Shown here: positions 12,601 through 24,022 of the stretch, in pieces
Position numbering within the stretch: the first letter of the stretch is position 1
Layout of the letters: every line of letters starts with the position of its first letter
Origin: Geosiphon pyriformis uo1
Taxonomy: Eukaryota; Fungi; Glomeromycota
Assembly: GCA_016748015.1 (NCBI GenBank)
Contig: JAAOMT010000324.1
Coordinates: 124,001 to 188,000, forward strand
Length of the DNA stretch: 64,000 nt
Direction of reading: 5' to 3'
Translations under genes and position numbers: made by a program
The notes under the pieces: generated by a model
What the model was told of the DNA's origin: nothing
The model's database searches: none
What the model saw: the letters and a program-made list of their open reading frames with translations, nothing else

Positions 12601-15400
12601 AAAGCATGTCAATACACTATTTTGATCAATAATTGGGTACAAAAAGAAACCCCAATCGAGAATGTCTAGAGATAAGCACTCAATAAATTGGATAATTACC
12701 TGCACAATAAACACGAAATATAGAGAATGGCAAGTGCCAAAGCTAAAGGTGCTACACTTGGTAAAATATGAAAAATCAAAAAAAATCTGTTTATACCAGA
12801 ATATAGTGGACCTGACTACATTACAGAAGATTTCTTCACAGATAATCTAGATGCATTTCAAGATCAATACCAGAAATTGGTCTTAACTCGAGAAGAGCAA
12901 AAACAGTAATTAGCTAACCTAAACATAAAACTGTGTGATTATTGTTTGATCCCTTATCACTTTTAGTACTGTGACAAATGTGATCTTATGTTCAATTCAT
13001 CTCCAAGAAAACTATACCTGATTACCAAACTACCTGAACCTGAGATAGAAGAGGAATTAATCACCAAGGACATGTTGTTTCAAGATCCAACTGAAGATAC
13101 TAAAACAAAACAGTATTTCACTTATCCAGATTTTTTTAAAGAATTAGAATTAAAATAGTACAGTAACAACAAGGAAAAAATCTATCCTGAAAGAGTACAT
13201 AATATTGATGCTGGTTTTGACTTATAATACTCCAAAAAATTATTTATAGTTATAGCCACATTCTCTTGTAAAAATAAATCTTAAGATAACATTAGAAATC
13301 CCTATTAGTAAAATAGTACAAGTTGCCTTTTGATTCAGCCTGGCCAAAAAAAAAATTGATGTAAAAGGAGGAATCATTGATGCCAAATATATAAAAAACA
13401 TCATCATAATGCTACAAAACAATTCAGACAAACTTTACAAAATAGAATCACAAGAAAAAATTGCCCAAGCTATTTTTCTATTTCTAGTCAAAGTACCACA
13501 ATTAACCCCAGTAACAATTCAAAAAAAATTAGGTCTTACTGTCCAAGAAATCAATGAGTTTAGATTAAGTAGAAAAGGAAACATACCAGTTAACTTTACA
13601 GAGAAAAACAGTAACCAAATAAAACTTATCTACACCAACATAGTTATTTCTATTCTCTTATATCAATAATACATCTTCAAAATAAATTGAAAGATCCAAG
13701 ATCAAGTTCTGTTATTTGAAGCCAATCCTGAAATCTGTTCTTTAGCCAATATTGCTAACTTATATCTACTAGCCAAAGCTTATAAACACTTCAAAATCTC
13801 CATCCACAACTCTATAGAAGATGTTATTAAAATTCCCAAAGGGACTTTCATTGGTTTCATCTCACTAAACATTCAACATTCCAAAAAACCCCAGCCTATT
13901 TTAGATTTCACACAGCTATTTTTATTCTGCAATATTACCTCACAAGTATGAAACTTGCTAAAAAAAAGTTACCTGTTTACATCAGAAGAAATTGACAAAC
14001 TACACTTGGAAAACTTGAGTATTCTTCAACAAATGCAACTTAAGGTTTTCTTGAATTAATATGTTGATGTCTTTGCCAGCAAAAATGATTTCAGATACAC
14101 TGACATTGTGAAATATCAGATTGATATGAAAGATACACAACTTATTAAACAGCAGACCTACTAAGTACCTCTATTTGATAATAATTTAATTAAGCAAGAA
14201 ATACAACAAATGCTTAACAATGGCTTGATTAAAGAATCACTAAGCCTTTAATCCTCTTCAGTGGTTCTGGTCACTAAGAAAAATGGGAAAATAAGATTTT
14301 ATGTAGGCTATTAAAAGCTAAACAGTATTACCTAAGAAAATAGTTACTTCACACTTTTTATTCAAGAAATTCTGAACAATTTAGGAAACAAAAAATGGTT
14401 CTCATCATTAAATCTAGCCAGTAAATATTGGCAGGTTGAAATGGATTTTAAAAACAAAGAAAAAATGGCATTTACTATCTGAAACAAAAACTTTAAGTTT
14501 AATGTAATGCCCTTTAAACTCTATAATGCTCCTGCTATCTTTTAGCATTTTATGGATGTTATGTACAAAAAAATCTTGTAGAAATTAGTTGTAATATACC
14601 TAGACAATGCCAACATCTTTTTGGAAACATTCAATGATTACTTGCTCTATCTTTAGCAAGTTTTCAAATGCCTTCATAGTGCTAAATTGAAACTCAATCC
14701 CAATAAATGCTTTTTTGGAAAGACCAAGTTGAAATTCCTAGAACATGTAATTGGCAAAAACAGAGTCAAACTTGATCCAGATAAGGTCCAAAAAGTCAAA
14801 AATTTTCCAGTTCCAATTAATCTTAGAGAATTACAAGAATTTTTAAAATTGGCAAAATACTATCAATAATTTGTCAAAAGATTCTTAACTATCACAAAAC
14901 CACTTTACCAGTTGTTGTCCAAACATGTACAGTATCTATAGAAAAAAGACCAATAAAAAGTATTTAACTATCTCAAACAGCAATTGATCACATTCCCAAT
15001 TTTGATTTACCCAGATTTTACTAAATGATTCATTATTGCTACAGATACCTTAAAAAATGCTCTAAGAACAGTCTTATCACAAATAGAACCAGACAATAGA
15101 AAACATCTAATTGCTTACACCAGTCATAGCATTAGTTCAGCAGAAAAAAATTACAACACAACAGATTTAGAATGTCTCACCATTTATTAGGCCATACAGA
15201 TATGGAAACACTATCTCAGTTTGTTTTTTGACTTATATACTGATCATAAAGAACTTGTTTGGTTACTCAACAATTCACAACTAGAGGGAAAATATGCAAG
15301 ATAGAGTATTTATCTGCAACAATTCTCACTTAAAGTTCATTACAAGAAAAAATCCAAAAACACCAATGCTGACAATTTGTTAAGAATACCACAAACCTAA
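9628..15400 (+). pseudogene. B1 Gag-PR-Cys-rich-dUTPase-RT-RNase H polyprotein pseudogene
   Basis: CYYCQKSGHIAQNC knuckle, FDSG, CVNC/CRPC/CDYC clusters, EKIAQ, KLNPNKCFFG, NAD..RIPQT*; numerous stops. Confidence 0.88.
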
Positions 15401-15499
15401 TCCCAGACTTATAGACACAACTAATTACTACCGACTACATCAATACCTATTGACACTACATTTTAAGAAGATATTATCTTAACAAAAACAGAATACCAT

Positions 15500-15923
15500 T
15501 GTTACAGAGGATTATTTCTGCTGTTGAAGTAAATAACAACCCATAACTTGGTGCTCATGAAGCTACTTCTATTGATGAGATTCTGTGAGCATTATATCTG
15601 AAGATTTTGATGGAGTCCTTTGTATAATGGACAGAGATTCAATAGTTGTTTTATCCATAGCTTCCCAGACTTGCAAGTTTGTCAATTCTTTTCTCGGCTT
15701 GGTGGCCAGCAATCCTCTGGTAAGTAATCCGTATCTTCTGTACATGTCCTACCCTCTCGCAGAGGTCTTTTACCAGGCAATCTTTGATGTCAGTAATCAG
15801 CACTTTTCAATCAATGGATTAGTGCACAATAATAAATCAAAATAAAATAAAGAAAAATAAGAAAAAAAGAAAAAAAGAAAAGAAATAAGCCAAGAAAATT
15901 TGCAAATTAGTATCCCATCAATA
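15500..15923 (-). repeat. 3' LTR remnant of A1 (distal half only)
   Basis: Colinear with 24023-24444; similarity stops abruptly at 15923. Confidence 0.9.
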
Positions 15924-16167
15924 ATAACTCTTTTGTCAATTCTTTTATTGCTAATTTTACTTTCACCATGATTTTGTCCACCGTATTTTCAGTTTTCTTT
16001 GGTGTTCTGAGTTGTAATGTCTTTCTAGTATCTTGATATCGAATGGTTTGTTGGTTGATTGTAATCTCCATTTCCTGGTGTTGGATTAATTGAAAGAGTT
16101 GTTGTGCTAGTGTGTGAATGTTGTCTGTAATTTCCATTTTTCTGATATTTCCTGTCACGTCTACCAT
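15907..16167 (-). pseudogene. A1 ORF3, N-terminal part, fused by deletion to the LTR
   Basis: MEITDNIHTLAQQLFQLIQHQEMEITINQQTIRYQ is homologous to the ORF3 starts at 32347 and 52046. Confidence 0.78.
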
Positions 16168-16191
16168 GTCTTTATATATTCTTTTGATTAA

Positions 16192-17567
16192 TCAATTTAA
16201 CATGTTGTTGTTAATAATAACTATTGGTTCCAGATCTTGTGGAATCTCATCTGGTCGGACTAGTATTCTCTGTACTCCTAATTGTGAAATATTACTGGTA
16301 GATGGTAGTGTGATGTCACAATATGGCTTCAGTTGATCTCTATGTGTTGCTTTGGTTAAAATTTTGTTATCCAATCTTAATTTGTAAGCTTCATTTCCTA
16401 GAATTTCTTTTATGTGAAATGGTCCATCCTATTTGGGGTTGAATTTTCCACTCCATTGTTTTTCCGCTTTGGTATGATGTAGTAATACTTTGTCTCCAAT
16501 CTTGAATTCAACTGGTTTGTCTGGTAGTTGTGTTTTTCTTTTTGTTTTTCTTGTGACTTTTGAATATTATCAGCTGCTCTTCTTCATTTGTTTTCCAATG
16601 TTTCCATTAAGTCATATGTTCTTCTCAGCAATGTTTCTTGAAAATTTTCTTCTGTTATTGGTTCAGCTAGATATGTATTAATTTTTCTCTTCACTAGTAA
16701 CATTGCTGTTCTCCCATATACTAATTCAAATAGTGTTGCTTGTATAGTATTTTGTTTCATTGTTTGATAAGCAAATAGTACTGATGGTATGAACAAATCC
16801 CAATCGTTCTGGTTTTTTTGGCTGAGCTTAGCTATTGCTTTATACAGTGTTCTATTGAATCTTTCTACTAATCCGTTGGTTTGTGGATGGTATGATGATA
16901 ATAATGGTCTCTTGATTCCGAATTTTTGGCTCAATTTTGTTAATGTTTTGTTTACAAAATGAGTTCTTTGGTCTGATAATAATTCTTTTGGACATCCATG
17001 TCGACAAATCAAATTCTAATGAACAAATTTGGCAATGGATTCTGCATCTGCTCTTTGAATTGCTTTTGCCTCTGGTCATTTAGTAAGATAGTCCATAGCT
17101 ACCACTATGTATCTGTTTCCTCTGCTGGTGATTGTTAATGGTCTGACTAAATCAATTCCAATACAGTCAAATGGTTGTACCACTTTGATTGATCTTAATG
17201 GTTCACTGGGTCTTGTTTCTTCTTTTCACTGACAAGCATCACAATTTTGAACATATTGAATGATGTCTGGGTACATTGATGGCCAATAGTATTTCTTTCT
17301 GGTTCTTTCTATGGTTGCTTCTTTGTGAAAATGTTTTGCTGTTGGATTTGAGTGCATGTTGAATAATATTGTCTCTTTTTCTGGCTCCATAATTACTGTG
17401 GTTGGTTAATCTGGATCTCTTCTATTTTTTTGATAAAGTATATTTTGGTAAGTGATAAAATATTTTGATTGTTGTTTGATACTCTTTCGTTTTGTTTGAG
17501 ATAAATTCTCTTTGAATTGTTGAATGTTTATATAATGTTGCAATTGTTGATATTTTTGTATATTCAT
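16192..17567 (-). pseudogene. A1 integrase (HHCC zinc finger, DDE core, GPF/SH3-like C-terminus, no chromodomain seen)
   Basis: ATG at 17567 (MNIQKYQQL); MHSNPTAKHF...CDAC; IGIDLV; ELLSDQ; YHPQTNGLVERFN; DGPFHI. Confidence 0.9.
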
Positions 17568-17630
17568 CTTTTGTTGTATTTTTCTGTTGGTATTGTTCTG
17601 GTTTTGTTATATTTTTGGGTTGAAATGTTC

Positions 17631-20600
17631 TTAGATTTGTCCTATTCACGATAAACCGTCCGCATTTCCATTGTTTTTTCCTTTTTTATAATGTATAGTA
17701 TACTTATATGATGCAAGTGCCATTTTCCATCTTGACTGTTTTCTATCTCCAAATTCTTGTTTTTGAAGTGATATTAATCCTTTGTGATCTGTGTACACCT
17801 CAAATTTCTGGCTCAAATATTTTTTCCATTTCATAACTGACTAGTATATTGCTAAGTGTTCTTTTTCTGGTGTTCTATAGTTCTTTTCGGCCAGTGTTAA
17901 ACCTCTGCTGGTATATGCCACTGAATGTTCTCTGCTGTCTAGTCTTTTTTAAGATAGTACTGCTTTTAATGCCTGGCCAGATGCATCTGTGGTGATAATA
18001 AATGGTTTGCTGTAATCTGGATAGATCAGTACTGGAGCTTGTATAAGCTTTCTTTTTAGAATATCAAAAGCTTTTTGTTGACTTTCAGTTCATTCATATT
18101 TTGTATTTTTGTTTTGCAGTTGGTTGAGTGGCTGCACTATCTTGGAAAAGTTTTTGATAAAATGTTGATAGTAGCTGGCGAATCCCAAGAATGATTTCAG
18201 TTCTGTTATATTGGTCAGCACTGAAAAGTTTTTTACTATCTCTATTTTCTCCAGATCCGTTTTGATGCCATTTTTGCTGACTATGTGTCCTAAGAATTTT
18301 AGTTCTGTCTTGCCGAAGAAGCACTTTGTTGCATTTAACTTTAGTCCTGCTCTTCTTAGTCTTTCGAACACTTGTTGAAGATGATGAAAATGATCATCAA
18401 ACGTTTTTGAGAATACATTGGTGTTGTTCAAGTATACAACTACTGATTTTCACAATAAGCCAATATAAACAATTTCCATTAGCCGTTGGAAAGTTGCTGG
18501 GGCATTGGTTAAGCCGAATGACATCACTTCAAATTCGAAATTCTTTTTTCTAATAGTAAATGCTGTCTTCTCTTTGTCAGCTGGATTCATGGCTACTTGC
18601 CAGTAACTGCTGTCCAAATCTAATGTTAAGAGCCATTTGTTCCCACTGAAAGCATCGAATAATTCCTGTATTCATGGAGTTGGATAACTGTCTCCACAAG
18701 TTACACCATTGAGTTTCCTGTAGTCTACACAAAACCGGATTTTTCTATTCTTCTTATGGATGAGTACCACTGGTGATGACCATGGGCTCATTGATAGTTG
18801 AATTAGCCCCATTGTCAAGCATTCTGTTTATTTCTTGACAAATGATTTCATGGCTGGCTGGTGGTACTCTGTATGCTTTTTGTTTGATTGGCATTGTATC
18901 TCCAGTCTTGATCTGATGCTGGATGATGTCAGTTCAGCCAAACTCATTTTCACTGGCAAAGATGTCATTAAAATTGTTGAGTAACATTTTGAGCTACATA
19001 CATTGAAGTGGATCTAAGTTTCCTATGTTCATTTGTTCCAATTGTTTTGGTTGGAGCAAATAACATTCATCTCGTTCATAGATTGTTTGTGATGTGATGT
19101 TAACATATCCACAAAGTTGTGGAAAGTCTAAAATGGGGTTTGGTGGTTGGTCTTCTATTTCTGTGGTTACATATCTGATGGTGATTCCTTCTGGTATGTT
19201 GATGACATTACCAGTGTTGTTGTAGATAAGAATTTTTATGCTGCTATAGCTTTTGGCTGGTATGTGGAGATTGATTAACCCAATCTCTTCTGATTTACAA
19301 AGGTTTGCTTCAGCTTCAAAAATTTGTCCTTGCTTCTTTTCTTTCCTTCCTATTGTTAACATGTACTGGCTATATGGTGGAATGGAAATAGCTTGACCAG
19401 TTGAGATAATTTCTTCTTGGCCAACAATTTCTTCCTCTGCCATATTAACTGGTACATCTATTCTACCCATTGATCCAAATCCCTGTATTCTTCTCACTGT
19501 TATTCTTAATTCCTCTCTCTTTTCCACTAATACTAACTGAGCTACTCTAACCACAAGCAGAAATATTGTCTGTGCTATTTTTTCATTGAGCTCTATTATG
19601 TAGGCCTTTTTTGAGTCATTTTGTAGCATAGCGATGATATTTTCTACATATTCTGTGTTAATTATTTCTCCTCTTATATTGATCTCTCTTTTTGCTAAAC
19701 TACTCCTAGATGTTAATTGAACTATTGTTGTTGCCAGAATTTCTAGTGCTATTTTCAGATCAATGCAGATGTGTGAATGCGGTTCCAATTTGATGGCATT
19801 ATTTCCTGGATATCTCAGATCAAACCCTGCGTCCGTATAATGCACATGTTCTGGCATAATACCTTCTCCATTGTCACTATACCATTTCAACTCTTGTTCC
19901 TTGGAAAGATCTGGTAGTGCAATGTATTGTTTATGGTTTAAATCAGAGTTTGAATCTGAGTTGGAATCATTTTTGTTGTCATTGTCATTTTGAACAGAGC
20001 TGGAACCGATGTTTTTGTCATTATCGTTGGAGTCTGAATCGCAATTGATCAGCAATTCTGATTCCGATGCACAGCTGCTGATTGGTTTTTCTTCTTCAGG
20101 GATCAAGTAGATTATGCGTGGTGGTAGATTGTAAAGGAGGTCACAATCATCACAATATTCAAAGTCACTGAGAATTAAACAATGGCGACACAGTCTTGTA
20201 TTCAACTGTGCTAGCCATTGTTCTTGCTCTTTTCTAGTGGGTGCCAAGTTTTGGTAGTGTTCATGGAACTCTTCAGGTTCCAGAGAATTTATGGCTGGCT
20301 TTGCATTCCAGTTAAGCTCGATGAGTTCTGGTAAGTTGTTTTTGATTTCTCTGATTTCTTTGGGTGTTGCTCCTTCTATTTTGGCGATTGCCATTCTCCA
20401 CAATTTGTTGTCATCGTGTGGACAACTGTCTAGTCACTGCACGGCTCTTCTCCAGGCTGCTTCTATTGGGGTTCTTTTCCTTATCCAGTCACTTATTAAA
20501 ATTGTGTATTAACACAACACGTCACACGTTCCTTCACGTCCTGGGATGTTGTTCCACATCCCTTCATCTAGTAGGGTCTCCCCACAAGTGAGACAAGATT

Positions 20601-23600
20601 GGTTATCCCATTTTCCTTGCCTCTTTGGTTGTTCAAAGCATTCAAATAAGCATGGATGACAGTAAAACTTTGTTGTGGTGTGGTATTCTTCATCATTGCC
20701 ACAGCATGCGCCTATTGACAACAGTTTCTTACCGCAATTGACACATACCAGCCTTGGCCATTGATAATTGGATTGTTGTAGAGTGTGGTGGATGTAGGAA
20801 TTATAACTGTTGGTCGTTGGTGGTGTTCTTTCTTCCTTTTCTTTTCTTTTTCCCTTATCTTCATTCCATTCCCGACTTGAGGCTTCTTCTTGTTTATTAT
20901 TGGTCCAAGTCAGATCGTTGGTTTCCCAGGTAAGTTCCTTTCTTTGCTTTCCCTTAGGGTTGTCGTCTCACAATAGTACTGGTGGTAGTTCGTAGTGGTC
21001 TTTGTTATTGGTCCCAGCATCAATAGTGGTTTTACAGGTAGGTTTTTTTCCATTGTTATTGTCGTCCTAGGCGAGTATTAATGGCAGCTCGTTGTGGTCG
21101 GCGTTGGCCCATGAAACTTGGTACACTTCCCAGGTAAGTTTCTTTTTCTCTTTCTCTAGTTTGATCAATAGTTTCTCTTTTGGAGGAGTCTTGAAATAAC
21201 CACACGTGGCCGGTACACATATGTGTTGGCCCTGATATGTTAGCTGGAGTTCCTGGGTGTTCCAGTCTAACATTACGTTGACTTTGAATAGCCAGTCATT
21301 ACCAATGAGAGCTTGATATTGAGTGGCTTTCATTACTAGAACTTTAATAGGAGTCACAATACCATTGACTTCGAAAGAGAAGTCATCGATTTCGCTGATT
21401 GGAGTTTTGGTTGCTCCATCAGCTGTAATGACTCTGGCGCTGGCAGCTCAATCAACTCGGCAACCTAATTAATCCATGAGTTGTCGTGTGATGATACTGC
21501 CTGCTGAACCGCTATTGAGAATCAATTTGATGGATTGACCATCAACCTTAGCATTTGTGTACATCGCAGTGATGGGTTTTTCATCAAGAGTGGCTCCACT
21601 AAATAATGGTGTACTTGACAGTTCTTCGATCTCAAATGGGAAGATGGCGGCTAGTAATTCGTTGTTGGTAACTGTTGCTGACAGAATATTGCTAATAAGT
21701 GTTTGTTGTTTTTGGATGGGTTCTTGGTTGCTAGTTGAGGCATCTTCTGGGGTAACCAGGAGACTTAAATAGTGTTGGGAAGTCAGGTTTTGGGTGGCAC
21801 CTGTACCCAAATTCCGAGAACGGGGTCTTAAGCTCTGGTGAGAGGAGCTGGGGACCGGTTAATAAACAATCATTGCCGATCTCCAATTTTGAGCAATTCT
21901 GGGTCTTGGGTTTCTTGCTGTCATCGTAGCTGAGTTTTGGAGCAGTGTTTGGATTGATGGTTGAGACCAATAAATTATTTGGGGCTGTGGCTGATAAATT
22001 ACTGGAGGTTGCTGTTAATAAATTGCTGAAGGCTGCTGTTGATAAATTGATATACTGGCAGTTGATAAATTGGTTGCTGCGTCATTGGCAAGTAAGTAGT
22101 TTGATATTGGTCTTGATTTTGATTCAAATAACAATTCGGAGTTTGGAACTGGCAATTGGGATTTCTGTATTGATTTTTCAATCATTGGTTGCTATAAGTA
22201 TGGCAATTAACTCGAATATGGTCTTGTTTACCATAGTTATGACAGACACGCATTTCCAGCTGCCATGGTGGACTAGGTGTAGTCAAAGATAATAACCGTG
22301 ATTGATTTTGGAAATGATTTGCATTTCCTGAATTATGGCATCGTTGTGGTATTTGATATATGGCGCGATTGTCAGCTAAGTATTCCTCTAGTTTCTGATT
22401 AATTGACTTACTGAATTGTTTCAGTTTGGAGTCCAATTTAGATGATCCATTCATTACTAGGTTTACTGCTTGGGCATGGTTGGCTTCTAACTTAGCTGTT
22501 TCAAAATCTCTGGCATGTATAACTGCGGTAGGGAGGTCAACTGGATGCATTGGGCGTACTCACTGGAAAAGGTTACTGCACAAATCTCTAATAAATTGGT
22601 TTAAAATCTGTGGTGCTGTAAAATAGTCAGCTTGAATTGCTTGGATCTGGTGTAGGTTTCTATGGAAGCATCTTAGGTAAGTGGTAACTGCTTCAGTATC
22701 TCCTTGTTTGATGGTGGTGAAAAGATTGGCTAATTTGTTGATACTATTATTGTTGCTGAAATATCTTATGAATTCCATCTTGAAGTTGTTGAAGTTTTGG
22801 GGTTTAACAGCTAGACTTTAATACTATGCATCTGTGGTGTCTTTTAAAAAGTATGGGATGGCTTGAAGTGCTCGGGCGTTATTTCATCCGTTCACAGTGA
22901 TGGCTTTCTCTATGTCATTCAGCCATACTTGTACATTGTCTTCTTTGCCAGTAAAGTTGTTAAGTTTTGCAATTGGTGCATAGGCCATTGGATCTAAGTT
23001 GGGTTGTTGTGGTGGCTGTTGAAGTGGTTGTTGTTGTACTGATTGTTGGGGTAGTAGTTGAAATGGCTGTTGTATGGGTTTGGCTACTGGATTAATTGGC
23101 AGTTGATCGATGATAATTACTGGAGGTAAGTTTTATTGATTACTTAATTTGGGGTTTGGATTGTTCTGCCTTTGATGATTCGGGGTTTCAATTTCCAAAT
23201 TTTCTAGATTTAGACTTTGCTGAGCTTGAAAATTTGGGGTTTCAACTTCTGGGTTTTCAGTGATCAGGTTTTGATAAGTAAATTTTTGATCTTCCAATTC
23301 TTCTTCTTCTTCTTCAGATAGTTCCCATAGGGTAGCAATTCCAAAGTCCAGTTGAGGCGACAGTGATCGAATTTCTGATGGAGTTGGTGATCGTGATTTA
23401 AATCCTTTAAAATACACTCCATATGGCCCTAGTAAATCTTCTTTTTGTTGTTTGCTTTGGAACTAGAATCTTCCAATTGTTAATATTGCATTTGAGATGG
23501 ACGTGTCTGCTGATGAGATGTTGATGGTGCTTCCAAGTGTGTAGTGATATAATGAAGTGGTTGGTGATTTTACTCTGTGCTTCTTCCAACTAGGTAACTG

Positions 23601-23963
23601 TATTCCTTTTGGTGTTGCTGCTGGTGTTTGTATTCTTTCTTTACCTTTGTCTGCATAGATAATAGGAAATTGTTGTTGAGTGTATCTTTCAATAGTCTGG
23701 TTGATTTCTCTGATTATTGGTGCAAAACTATAGTTCCTTGGTAAGTTGGTGTGTTGGAATAATTCTGTGTAAAAGTTTTCTCTTGCTACTTCAATGTTAA
23801 CTGTTCTTCCTAAGCATTCAGTGATTTTGTCATTGACATAAAAATTGAAGGCTGATTTGGCTGGATAATGATTACTGTTTAATTCTAATTGTTGGCTGTA
23901 TTGTTGAAACAAGGATTTTGCGAATCCTAAATGGTTTGCTCCTATATTTTCTGATTCTGCCAT
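17631..23963 (-). pseudogene. A1 Gag-PR-Cys-rich-dUTPase-RT-RNase H polyprotein pseudogene
   Basis: ORF-track fragments: MAESENIG..., capsid (AKLNNFTG..VWL), CHNYGKQDHIRVNC, LILNSGSAG, DAGFDL/RSS/EKIAQ/GFGS, RFCVDYRKLN, LKFLGH, YTDHKGL, NADGLS. Confidence 0.92.
19460..19860 (-). other. dUTPase domain within A1 ORF1
   Basis: All five trimeric dUTPase motifs are recognisable: DAGFDL, SRSS, (G)II(D)xxYxxxI, EKIAQ, R(G)xxGFGSxG. Also present at ~13190-13570, ~35620-36004, ~42660-43050 and ~48460-48755. Confidence 0.9.
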
Positions 23964-24003
23964 ATTTAGATTTGGGTTGGTACTGGTTCTCTGTAGGATT
24001 ATA

Positions 24004-24022
24004 CCTCACAAGGAGCACCAAA
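24004..24022 (-). promoter_or_regulatory. Primer-binding site TT-TGGTGCTCCTTGTGAGG, elongator tRNA-Met-like
   Basis: Lies directly after the LTR end; variants at 39961-39979, 9563-9581 and 8404-8422. Confidence 0.8.

Noticed and set aside
21731-21970. Programmed gag-pol frameshift in A1
   Set aside because: The frame change falls in a Q/P repeat with an indel, and Gag and PR are in one frame in A3.
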